In this document: positions 32,632 through 43,010 of the stretch, piece after piece
Numbering within the stretch: the first letter of the stretch is position 1
Layout: every line of letters starts with the position of its first letter
DNA from: an uncultured Phycisphaerales bacterium
Lineage (GTDB): Bacteria; Planctomycetota; Phycisphaerae; Tepidisphaerales; Tepidisphaeraceae
Length of the DNA stretch: 64,000 nt
Assembly: GCA_963755915.1 (NCBI GenBank)
Contig: CAVWLP010000002.1
Location: 2,368,001-2,432,000, forward strand
Direction of reading: 5' to 3'
Notes under the pieces: generated by a model
What the model was told of the DNA's origin: nothing
Seen by the model: the letters and a program-made list of their open reading frames with translations, nothing else
Database searches by the model: none
Program-made: the position numbers and the translations under genes

Positions 32632-33473
32632 CTATTTATCGGCCAAACGCTCATAGTTGTGTTCGGCCGCGGGATATTTTCCTTCGGCGACGAGGCGAAC
32701 ATACTGCTTGAAAGCGGCGAGCATCGGCGTTGCCAGGTCGCCGAGGCTGGGCGCGAATTTCGGTTTATGCTGCGTGAGGCCAAGCGCGTCGTGGGTCACG
32801 AACACAAATCCGTGACAGGCCGGCCCCGCGCCGCAACCAATAACGGGGATGGCCACCTTTTCGACGACCGCGGCGGAAACTTCGGGCGGCACCGCTTCGA
32901 GAAGCAGGGCAGCCGCGCCGCGCGCTGGAGGCGGGACGCCAGTTCAACGATACGCTCCGCCTCAGCCGTGGTTCGGCCCTGGGTCTTAAATCCCCCCAGC
33001 AATCCGATGGTTTGGGGCCGGAGGCCAACATGGGCCATAATGGCCACCCCGGCGTCCGCGAGCCTGCGCACCAGCCGCAGATGCCCTTGGGCCGCCTCTA
33101 TTTTCACACAGTCGCATCCGGAAAGTTGCACCATCCTTAACACGTTTTTGACGCCTTGGGCGACCGAAGCCTGGTATGAACCAAACGGCATATCCGCGAT
33201 AACCAGGCATCGCGGCGCCCCCCGGCGGACTGCCGCCGTGAGGTCTCGCATAAAAGACAGCGAAACCGGCAGGGTGGTTGGGTGGCCCAGAATGACGCTG
33301 GCGGCTGAATCACCCACCAGCAGCGCCGGCACCCCAGCCTCCTGCATAAGGCTGGCGGTCGTATAGTCATAGCAGGTTAATATCGGCACTTTCCGGCCTG
33401 CTTCGCGGGCAAGGCGGAGATCGGCCATAGTGAATTTGCGGGGCTTTTCGGTGGATGGCTTATCGCTGGACAT
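32632..33473 (-). CDS. panB: 3-methyl-2-oxobutanoate hydroxymethyltransferase (frameshift near 32910)
   Basis: TCYDY, LLVGDS, ADMPFGSY, VKIE, AHVGLRPQ, IGCGAG and HDALG. Confidence 0.93.
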
Positions 33474-33558
33474 ATCACGAAATTATAGTCGGCCACCGAG
33501 GGGTTAACGATAGGGCCAGGAATTACCCGAATTGTTATAATACCGGCTGGAGTACGCA

Positions 33559-34149
33559 ATGTTATTGACCGAACCCCAAGTTCGCCGTTGGAACCTGCGG
33601 GAATATTACCGAATGAGTGAGATCGGCTTCTTCCGGGATCAGCGGGTCGAACTGATCGATGGGGAGGTACTTGAAATGGCCCTCCGGGAAAGTACTCATT
33701 TGGGGAGTGCTCATTTTGCATGTGTCTGCCTGTGCGCTGAATCCATGCGGGCGCTGTTTGGCGCCGGCCATGTGGTGCGGGTTCAAGGTCCGCTGGCGAT
33801 CGACGAGGAGTCGGAGCCTGAGCCTGACGTTGCGATCGTTGGGGGCAATCCGCGGGACTTCGTCGGCAAGCCGCATCCTTCCTCCGCGCTACTGGTTGTC
33901 GAGGTAAGCGATACCAGTTTGGATTTCGATCGGGGCGACAAGGCCAACCTCTATGCGAAGGCAGGGATAGGGGATTATTGGATCGTGAATCTCGTCGATC
34001 GCTGAGTTGAGGTTTATCGCGAAGCCGTCGCGGATAAATCAGCTCGATTTGGGTTCACTTATTCACAGCGCCAGACCTACCGCACAAGCGATACGATCAA
34101 GCCGATGGCTGCACAAGGGAGCATTGCGGTTGCTGAATTGTTGCCCTGA
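33559..34149 (+). pseudogene. Uma2 family endonuclease with an internal TGA at 34003
   Basis: RVELIDGE, EPEPDV, LVVEVSDTS, DRGDKANLYAKAGIGDYWIVNL; the frame continues VEVYRE...ELLP to a TGA at 34149. Confidence 0.75.
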
Positions 34150-34218
34150 TCGCTCCACATTTCCATTCCGCCTTTGCTAAAATCCGGTCGATACTTATTT
34201 GGCTGAAAGGAAGCATCT

Positions 34219-35201
34219 TTGGGCTGGCAGGATCGTGATTATTATCGAGGCGGCGGGGCGGGGGATTATCTCAGCAATCCTGCGGCCATCCTGGGTTTGT
34301 CGGTGCCGTTTGGGACGTGGGTGGGGGTTCGGGTTCGCCTGCATTTCTGGCTGCTCGTCTCGGCCGCGATTTGCCTGGCGAGCGTTTTTGACGGCGTGTC
34401 AATCGTCGTCGCGGGGTTTTACCTGCTGCTCCTGCTGGTGGCGCTGATGTTGCACGACTTTGGGCATCGATTGTTTGCGCAATGGGCCGGGGGGCAATTG
34501 GATGAGTTCATGCTTTGGCCCGCAGGGGGGCTGATTTTTCCTTCGATGCCGTCGGGCGCCAGGCCGATGTTCATCGGGCATATCGGCGGGATCGTGGTGA
34601 ACGCTCTGCTGGCGGCGGGGAGCATTGGATTGCTGTGGGTTCATGGATATCGCTATTTTCCGAACTTGAACCCGCTGGCTGCGCTTGGCACGCCGATGAT
34701 TCCCATGGGGCCGATGGAATCGCTCTTTATCGCCGCCTTATTCATTTTGCGCGGATCAATTCGATGCTGGTCATGGTGAACCTTCTGCCCTATTACTGGT
34801 TCGATGGCGGATATCTCTTGCAATCGATTTTCTGGCCGTTTCTGGGTGGAAATTCGGCGCTGAATGTGACCTGTATCATCGGGATGATCCTGGCGGTGCC
34901 GATGTTTGTGCTTGCGCTGGCCTCCGGGTCGCTGCTGGGAATGGTGATGTGGGTCCTGCTCTTCAGCAGCTCTTACAATGCCCGCAGCACGATGCAGGTG
35001 GTTGAAGATTATTCGGCGAGCGAGGGCGTGCCGCGGCACCGGTGGCAGAGTAATCGCAACGCAAACAAAGAAATCGCCCGGCGGCGGCGGGAAGAGGCGA
35101 AGATCGACGCGATCCTCGCAAAGGTCAGTGCACAGGGAATGCACTCGCTGACGTGGTGGGAGAAACGCACCCTGCGCAAAGGTTCACAGCGGAAAACCTG
35201 A
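34219..35201 (+). CDS. M50-like membrane protein with a DUF6576-like C-terminus (frameshift near 34745)
   Basis: MGWQDRDYYR start, degenerate HDFGH, NLLPYYWFDGG, IDAILAKVSAQGMHSLTWWEK. Confidence 0.75.
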
Positions 35202-35206
35202 AATCA

Positions 35207-36924
35207 ATGCGCGAATTCATTCCCGTCCGTCTTCTGACAATCGCAGCAGCAGCGGTTGTCGTTTCGTTTTCCTGGATCGGATCGGCGTTTTCGGCGCCGG
35301 CGCCGCGGCCTAATGTTGTGCTCATCCTTGCCGATGACATGGGGTTTTCGGATCTGGGATGTTACGGCGGCGAGATTCACACGCCGCACATCGATGGGAT
35401 GGCCCAACAGGGGGTTCGCTTCGCGCAGTTTTACAACATGGCGCGTTGCTGCCCGACGCGGGCTTCGCTGCTGACGGGGCTTTATCCGCACCAGGCGGGA
35501 ATCGGGGCGATGAATCAGGCCATCGACCATAAGCCGGCCTACCAGGGGGAGCTGAATGATAAGTGCGTGACCATTGCCGAAGTTCTTCGAACTGCCGGTT
35601 ATCACACGGCAATGGTGGGGAAGTGGCATTTGTGTCATCTGACGATCGCCCATGTGCCGGAGGCACAGGCCAAGGCGCTGCTCGATTTTCACCTGGACGG
35701 CGCGATCTCCCAATCCATGGCGAATTGGCCGTGCAACCGCGGATTTGAAGAGCACTGGGGCACGATTCCCGGCGTGGAGAGTTATTACGATCCGTACGGG
35801 CTGGTTCACAATGAAACGCCCATCCATCCCGATAGGCCCGATTTTTATTACACGGATTTCATCACCGATCACGCGGTGAAAATGGTTGATGATTATGCGG
35901 CGCAGCCGGCGCCGTTTTTTTTGTATGTGGCGTATACGGCGCCGCACTGGCCGCTGCAGGCGAGGGAGTCGGATATCGAACATTACGCATCGACCTACAG
36001 CGTCGGTTGGGATGCGATTCGACTTGCCAGGTTTCAGCGGCAGATTGCCATGGGTTTGGTGGACAAGGACTGGGGGCTTTCGCCGCGGGCTTCGAATCCG
36101 GCGCTCAATGATGGCGAGAGCCGGGTGGGGCCGTGGAAGGATGCGCCGGCGAAGGCGTGGCAGGCCATGCGGATGGCGGTTTATGCGGCGCAGATTGAAG
36201 ACATGGATCGGGGGGTGGGGAAAATTCTTGATGAGATCTCCGCCCGCGGGATCGAGCAGAATACGCTGGTGATTTTTTTGTCGGATAACGGGGCTTGCCA
36301 GGAGCAGGTGCAGCCGGATTGGTATGACGTGCCGAATGAGATGCGCGATGGGAGGGCGATCGCGGTGGGGAATAAGTCTTCGCAGATGCCGGGGCCGGAG
36401 GATGTGTTTCAGAGCTATGGGCCGGCGTGGGCGAACGCTTCGAATACGCCGTTCAGGAAGTTCAAACATTTCACCGAAGAGGGGGGGATTGCGACGCCGT
36501 TCGTCGTGCGGTGGCCGGCGGCGGTGAAACAGGTTGGGCAGATTGAAACTGGGCAGGTGGGCGATGTGATTGATCTGATGCCCACGGTGCTCGATCTGGC
36601 GGGGGCACAGTATCCGGGAACATTTAAGAACAACGCAATCGTTCCCGAGGAAGGGATCGATTTGGCGCCGGTGATTGAAGGAGGGGCGGCGATTCCGCGC
36701 GGGCGCTGTGCTGGGAGCATGAGGGGAACCGGGCGGTGAGGATTGGGAATTGGAAGCTGGTCGCGCCACATGGGGAGAGGTGGCAGCTCTTCGATATGGT
36801 TAATGATCGGACGGAGCTTCATGATGTTTCGGGGCAGCATCCGGAAATCGTTGCGGAGTTGCATCGGGCTTATGACGCGTGGGTGAAGAGGTGCGGGGTG
36901 GAGGAGTGGCCGATTCCGGATTGA
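35207..36924 (+). CDS. Arylsulfatase, Cys-type (frameshift near 36700)
   Basis: PNVVLILADDMG, CCPTRASLLTG, GKWHL and SDNG; tail WEHEGNRAVRIGNWKLV in the next frame. Confidence 0.93.
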
Positions 36925-36939
36925 GGGGGAATCGGAAAG

Positions 36940-36966
36940 CGCCCGACAAGTGGGGCGGCTACACGG
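36940..36966 (-). repeat. GTAG-type REP element
   Basis: cgcccgacaagtggggcggctacacgg, matching the 9281 copy. Confidence 0.75.
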
Positions 36967-37003
36967 GGAGAATTGGATCGTGGTTTGTGAAGCGTGTGGT
37001 TTG

Positions 37004-38107
37004 ATGAAACGATTTCTGGTGATTTTCTGGTTTTTGTTCGCGGCAAGCGCGAATGCGCAATCAACGCTTCCTTCGTGTTGTGCGGCGTTGCCGCGGCGCG
37101 TTTCGTCGAGTGCTGCGACGATGCCGAGCGGGAAGGATTCGGTTCCGCGTGGTGCGCCGGCGGACATGGTGTGGATTCCCGGCGGTGAGTTTGTCATGGG
37201 GGCGGCGGATTGCGATCAAGATGCGCGGAGTGATGAGCGTCCGACTCACCGCGTCAAACTCGACGGGTTTTGGATCGATCGGACGCTGGTCACGAACGCC
37301 GAGTTTCGTAAGTTTGCCCTGGCGACGGGTTACGTGACGACGGCGGAGCGGGCGCCGGCGCTGGCCGACATCATGAAGCAGTTGCCGGCGGGGTCGGCGG
37401 CGCCCCCGGCGGAGGCGCTGGTGGCGGCTTCGCTGGTGTTTCATCCTACGGAGGGGCCTGTGCCGCTGGATAATCCGGGGCGGTGGTGGTCGTGGACGCC
37501 CGGGGCGAACTGGCGGCATCCTGAGGGGCCGGGGAGCAGCGTTGATGGGCAGGATAATTATCCTGTCGTGCAGGTTTCGTGGGATGATGCTTGTGCGTAT
37601 GCAAAGTGGGCGAAGAAGAGTTTGCCGACGGAGGCGCAGTGGGAATATGCGGCGCGAGGGGGATTGGCGGGGAAGAAATATTTCTGGGGGAATGAGGAGC
37701 CGACGGCAAGCAATCCACGCTGCAATTTCTGGCAGGGGCATTTTCCGGATGTGAATACGGCTGAGGATGGGTATGTGCTTCGAAGTCCGGTGAATGCATT
37801 TGCGCCCAATGGGTATGGGCTCTATGACATGGCCGGGAATGTGTGGGAGTGGTGCGGCGACTGGTATCGGGCTGATTATTATTCGGCGGCGGGTAACGGA
37901 AATAATCCGCAGGGGCCGGCCGAAAGCTTCGATCCCGATGAGCCAACGGCGCCCAAGCGCGTTTTGCGCGGCGGGTCATTTTTGTGCAACGAGGCGTATT
38001 GTTTCAGCTATCGGGTCGCAGCCCGAATGAAAAACTCTCCGGATACGTCCGCGGATCATATTGGATTTCGGTGCGTGACGACTGCAAAGTTGTGGGGAGC
38101 GAAATAG
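37004..38107 (+). CDS. Formylglycine-generating enzyme (SUMF1/FGE-sulfatase family), secreted
   Basis: Signal peptide, LPTEAQWEYAARGG, DMAGNVWEW, RGGSFLCNEAYCFSYRVAAR and GFRC. Confidence 0.9.
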   Translation: MKRFLVIFWFLFAASANAQSTLPSCCAALPRRVSSSAATMPSGKDSVPRGAPADMVWIPGGEFVMGAADCDQDARSDERPTHRVKLDGFWIDRTLVTNAEFRKFALATGYVTTAERAPALADIMKQLPAGSAAPPAEALVAASLVFHPTEGPVPLDNPGRWWSWTPGANWRHPEGPGSSVDGQDNYPVVQVSWDDACAYAKWAKKSLPTEAQWEYAARGGLAGKKYFWGNEEPTASNPRCNFWQGHFPDVNTAEDGYVLRSPVNAFAPNGYGLYDMAGNVWEWCGDWYRADYYSAAGNGNNPQGPAESFDPDEPTAPKRVLRGGSFLCNEAYCFSYRVAARMKNSPDTSADHIGFRCVTTAKLWGAK

Positions 38108-38235
38108 GCAGTGCATGCTTGCCTGTTAACAGGCCCAAACCCTAGCTGTTGATCGAGCCGTCGTTCTTGGTAATTCTGCAACAAACCCTATACGATAAGC
38201 TGTCATTTTTTGTTCACGTTTGAAGGTAGCTCCGC

Positions 38236-38673
38236 ATGGCCAAGAAACAGTCCAATCGGCCGCTGACCCGCTCGGAAATTGCGCGGATACTGGCTGAAGC
38301 TGCCGGGATCACAAAAAAACAGGTGTCGCTTTTTTTCCAAGAGCAAGCGGAATTGGCCTATCGAAACGCAAGAAATACGTTCAGCCTCCCGGGGCTAGGC
38401 AAATTGAAGCTTGTGGATCGGCCGGCCCGCAAGATGATCGCACGCTTTGGCCCCTACGCCGGCCGCGAAATCCACGTACCGAAAAGGCGGGGAGTCCAGT
38501 TTCGCGTTTCCGGGGCCGCCAAGATTGCGATGTTAGGCGGATTGCCGCCGGGTACTGATCGACCTCCGCCGCGACCGAAGTTACTCCCGAGCGAAGAATC
38601 GCATCCGGATGCGCCGAAAAAGAAGAGGGGATCATCTTCCAGCGGCGAATCAGCGTCAGAAGCATCTGCTTAA
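38236..38673 (+). CDS. Divergent HU-family DNA-binding protein with a Pro/Ser-rich tail
   Basis: LTRSEIARILAEAAGITKKQV...FSLPGLGKLKLVDRPARK...EIHVPKRRGVQFRVS. Confidence 0.8.
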   Translation: MAKKQSNRPLTRSEIARILAEAAGITKKQVSLFFQEQAELAYRNARNTFSLPGLGKLKLVDRPARKMIARFGPYAGREIHVPKRRGVQFRVSGAAKIAMLGGLPPGTDRPPPRPKLLPSEESHPDAPKKKRGSSSSGESASEASA

Positions 38674-38724
38674 AAAGAGGATGGGTGAATCGCAGAAAAG
38701 ACCTGTTCAATTGATGGCTTTCCA

Positions 38725-39671
38725 ATGTTTGGTAGCTTAAGCACACTTTTGGATCGCAACTCGGTTCTCGGATTCATCCTTCCGACGCTTTTATTTTTCG
38801 TGAACGCTATTTGGATTATCGACCGGTTTCAGATCAAACAACCTTACTTAACTTTTACCTCCTCCGACTTACTGAAAGACGGGACCGTTCTGGCAGTAGC
38901 GTGTGTTGTGGCATCCGTAATTCTCATGTTATTAAACAATGTGTTCTACCGATTTCTGGAGGGATACCGGGGCGAAGGATTTTACCAAAAGCTCTACAAA
39001 TGGCTCGGTAGTTCCAAGCGGCGTGATTGGCTCGAACCGCAGTCAAGGCGTTATCGTCGCCACAGCGAACGGCTTGCCTCGATCGATGCCAAAGAAGAGA
39101 AGAGCCCCGGAGAGGAAGCCGATGGTCGGCAATTGGCGCATGAACTGGCGTTCGATTTTCCCGGTAAAGATTTGCTTTTGCCGACCCAGCTTGGAAACAC
39201 GATTCGTTCGGCGGAGGACTATCCGTCGAGAATGTATTGCTTCCCCGGCGTGGAGGGATGGGCGAGATTGACGGCTGTGATACCAAAGGATTTCGCCGCG
39301 AACATTGACGGCGAGGCGCGGGCATGGATTTTTGGGTAAACCTGTCGTTTTTGGCGGGATCTTCAGTGGCGGGCTATTTTGCGCTTGTGGCAATTGCGGG
39401 TCGATATTCGGTTGTGTGGTACCCGTTTGTTGCCGCCGCGGTCGCCCACATCGCCTACCGGATGGCCTGCAAGCAGGCCCGAACCTGGGGGATATGGCTT
39501 CGATCAGCATATGACCTGTATTTAGGTGACCTGGCGAAGCAGATGGGCTTCGCCTATCCGAAAGAGATCCGCGATCAGCGCGCGTTGTGGAGTAAATGGT
39601 GGCAGGCGGCCTATTACGTTAATTCAGATACGCTTGCAGAACTGGACTATTTCCGCGTCGCCGGGAAATGA
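38725..39671 (+). CDS. Uncharacterised membrane protein (frameshift near 39320)
   Basis: Two N-terminal and two C-terminal TM segments around LLPTQLGNTIRSAEDYP..Y....W.RL; visibly more AT-rich than the flanks. Confidence 0.7.
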
Positions 39672-39692
39672 GGATTTGTTTTTGAGCAAATC

Positions 39693-40907
39693 CTATTTCG
39701 GTCCAAGCGTGACGACCGTCATCGGCTCAAAGGGGAAATCGCGCATCAGAGCCCGCAGCGAATCGGGCGTAATGCTTAGGAGCGTTTTCATGTCCATTTC
39801 CAGGGAGCGATAATCTTTGTTGTAGAGCCAGTTGCCGGCGAGGGCGCGGAGGCGGCCCATGGGGACTTCGCCTTCTAACACGATGCCGCTGGCGATTTTG
39901 TTTTTGGCTCGGTCGACTTCGGCATCCGTGAGATCGGTTTTGATCCGCTGGAGCTCGGCTTTGGCGATCTTCAGGGCTTCGGCGCTGCGGTCGGGGTTGG
40001 TGGTTAGGGAGATGTAGAAGCTGCCGAAGCCGTCGTGGGGGTAGAAGCCGAAGTCGGCGTCGTCGGCGATGGCGTTGTCGACGAGTGCCCAGTAGAAGCG
40101 GCTGCCTTCGGCTTCGCCGATGACATCCGCGAGGACTCTGGCGGCGAAGCGGCGCTCGTCCTGGGCGCTGGGGCCGGGGGTGAGGGCCATGGTGTAGCGG
40201 CGATTGAGCTTGGAGTCGGTGACGGATTTCTTTTGGGATTTGATTTTGGGGGCGCGCTGGTTGCGCGGGGCGGATGCTGCGGGCCAGTGGCCGCAGTATT
40301 TTTTGGCGAGGGAGACGATTGTCTGGAAATCGAGTTTTCCGGCGGCGGCGAGGATAGTGTTGCCGGGGCCGTAGCGGCGGTGGAAATAGTCTTCCATTTG
40401 TTTTCGCTTCAGGTGGCCGACGGATTCGGCGGAGCCGAGGACGCTTCGGCTGAGGGGGTGGCCGGCGAAATGGGTTTCCATGAGGGTTTCGTAGATGCGG
40501 TGGCCGGGGTCGTCGAGGTACATGGCGATCTCTTCGAGGATGACCTTTTTTTCGGTGTCGAAATCGGTTTGGCGGATGGCGGGGCGCATGAGTTGGGAGA
40601 GGTGCTGGATGGTGCGCTCGGTGAATTCGGGGAGGACGTTGGCGAAATAGGCGGTGTTTTCCTGGCTGGTGTAGGCGTTGTAGTTGGCGCCCATCTCGTC
40701 GAAGATGCGGTTGACGTCTTCCCAGGAGTATTTTTCGGAGCCTTTGAACATCATGTGCTCGAGGAAGTGGGAGACGCCGTTGATGGAGGGGGATTCGTCG
40801 CGGCTGCCGGTGTTGACGTAAAAGCCGGCGGCGAAGGAGTGGGCGTCGGGGTTGGACTCGGCGATGATTTGAAGGCCGTTGGGGAGGGTGGCGGAATGGA
40901 ATTTCAT
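39693..40907 (-). CDS. M16 (pitrilysin) family zinc peptidase, catalytic subunit
   Basis: GSRDE...GVSHFLEHMMFKGS (HXXEH) and NAYTS. Confidence 0.93.
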   Translation of the reverse strand: MKFHSATLPNGLQIIAESNPDAHSFAAGFYVNTGSRDESPSINGVSHFLEHMMFKGSEKYSWEDVNRIFDEMGANYNAYTSQENTAYFANVLPEFTERTIQHLSQLMRPAIRQTDFDTEKKVILEEIAMYLDDPGHRIYETLMETHFAGHPLSRSVLGSAESVGHLKRKQMEDYFHRRYGPGNTILAAAGKLDFQTIVSLAKKYCGHWPAASAPRNQRAPKIKSQKKSVTDSKLNRRYTMALTPGPSAQDERRFAARVLADVIGEAEGSRFYWALVDNAIADDADFGFYPHDGFGSFYISLTTNPDRSAEALKIAKAELQRIKTDLTDAEVDRAKNKIASGIVLEGEVPMGRLRALAGNWLYNKDYRSLEMDMKTLLSITPDSLRALMRDFPFEPMTVVTLGPK

Positions 40908-41205
40908 GCGGCCTCGATAGTTTTGGGAATCGCTTCAATGATAAGTGGCTGAATGCTGGGAGGCCTAGTTGAGTTCGGAGAACTATCGGCCAGCTTTTTT
41001 AAAGGCAAATGCAATGCAGGAGGGGCGGGGACAAACCATGCGAGGAGAGTCGCAAAGGGGCCCCAAAAGTTTTTTCCCCGCCCCTCCCGCACCCTCCCCA
41101 CCCCTTTTCCTTTTCCCCTCAACACTGGGGGGGAATACGAATGGGGGGCCGACTCGTGGTCGCGGCTGGCCATGGCGTGCTGGCGAAAATCATGTCGTTG
41201 GGTGG

Positions 41206-42445
41206 TCATTGGGTTTTGTGATCTTTGAGGGGTTTGGGGCCCACCGTTACGATGGTGAAGGGGCCGGGGTTGTGGGAGCGGAGCCAGGCGTTGGCGCGGT
41301 CGAGGGTGATGGCGTCGATTTCGCGGTCGATCTCGTCGAGGGTGCGGAGTCGGCCGCGGGTGAACCAGTCGTGTGCGATGGCGCCGCAGCGGGCGGAGGT
41401 GGCTTCGCCCTGGAGGATGGTGCCGGCTTTGAGGCCGATCTTGGCGCGGTCTAGTTCGGGCTGGGTGATGCCGGCCTGGAGGCGGTGGATTTCGGAGAGG
41501 ATGCAGTCGAGGGTGGCCTGGGCGCGGTCGTTGCTGGAGCCGGCGTAGATGAGGATGGCGCCGAGGGGATTGATCCCGGTGTAGCCGGCCCAGACGCTGT
41601 AGCAGAGGGCGCGTTTTTCGCGGACTTCGGTGAAGAGTCGGCTGCTCATGCCGCCGCCGAAGGCTTCCATGATGGCGCGGAGGACGTAGTAGTTGGGATC
41701 GGTTTCGGGGGGAGCGTTGTAGGCGATGCCGATGTGGGTCTGCTCGCTTTTTTGTTTCAGGTGATGGCTGCGATGGGTGGGGGGGATGAGATTGAACTTC
41801 TCGGTTGCGGCGGGGGAGAGATTGCCGAAATGTCTGGCGGTTTCGTCCTTGATGCGGGCGAAGTCGATGTTGCCGGCGAAGGCGATGATCGCGCCGCGGG
41901 AGTGGAAGAGCCGCTTCCAGTGGTCCTGGCAGGACTGGAGGGTGAGTTTTTTCAGGTCGGCGGCGCGGCCCATGGGGTTTCTGCCGAGGGGGTCGGGGAG
42001 GAATTGCTTGCGGAGCTCGACGAGCAATTTTTGGCGTGGGTCGTCTTCCAGGCCTTTGAGGGATTGGAGGGCGAGCTCGCGCGGGCTTGAAGTCTTTGGC
42101 CGGGAGGCGGGGGCGGAGGACGATGTCGGAATAGGCGGCGAGGGATTCCATGACGCGGTCGGCGACGGCGGCGCAGGAGAAGCGGGTGTGGTGGGTGCTG
42201 ACGCTGGCGGCGCGCTGGAGGCCGAGGCTGTCGAGATAGTCGGTGAGCTGTCGGCTGTCGCGGTTGCCGGCGCCGCGGAGGACGAGCTCGGAGAGGACGG
42301 TGGCGGAGCCGGAGAGGTTGGGGGGATCATAGGCGGAGCCGGCGGGGAGCATTAGGGTCATGGCGGCGGATTGGACGGCGGACATTTTTTCGCCGAGGAG
42401 GGTGAGGCCGCTGGGGAAGGTGTGTTGGAAGAAGTCTTGCGGCAA
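41206..42445 (-). CDS. M16 family peptidase, non-catalytic partner (frameshift near 42075)
   Basis: Lacks HXXEH; has GGGMSSRLFTEVREKRALCYSV; TTG start with RBS. Confidence 0.88.
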
Positions 42446-42596
42446 GGATGGGCTCCCTTTGTGATAGGCGGGGGATTATAGGGATATGGGGGTGCGGGGG
42501 AAGCGGGGGCTTCGGGAGAGTAGTTAGGCTGCCAGAATATCTCACTTTTTCCCAAAATTGGGGAAATGTGGTTTGGGATTGACGATCGGACTGCGA

Positions 42597-42626
42597 GAAT
42601 TCCCCACGGCGGCGCCGTGGGCGTTC
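42597..42626. repeat. 30-bp palindromic repeat, identical to 30846-30875
   Basis: Exact sequence match by eye. Confidence 0.8.
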
Positions 42627-42773
42627 CCAGATCAATATGGATTCGTTGGACAGGGTTGACCTCGCGGCTCGGAGACTTCGCGAAATTTCCCCATTTCCGT
42701 GGATGTTGGGGAAATGTCCGAAGATGTCCGGTTTTGCCCGGGATTTATCGGTGAGATTTCTCCCGGGCGTGGG

Positions 42774-42802
42774 GATTTGAGATTTGAGATTTCAGATTTG
42801 AG
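42774..42802. repeat. Heptamer tandem repeat (GATTTGA)x4
   Basis: gatttga gatttga gatttca gatttga. Confidence 0.8.
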
Positions 42803-43010
42803 AGGGGTGGACATAGAGACTCCGAGAAAAAACATTGCAGCTCTATATACAGGTCCAAGAGGTGTACGTTTTGTACCTATTTTTGAAAAATCCTCGGATT
42901 TTTAGGGGTGGGATTGTTGAGAATGCAAAGAATTTGATAGGCGAAGAAAGCGCACCCCTGGATGAGTTGGCGCTGCGCTTTGGGGGGTTGCGGCTAAACA
43001 ATTGAGGGGA

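Noticed and set aside
34003-34005. Selenocysteine or readthrough at the Uma2 TGA
   Set aside because: It is not a catalytic Cys position, no SECIS-like hairpin was recognised, and TGA is used as a normal stop throughout the window.
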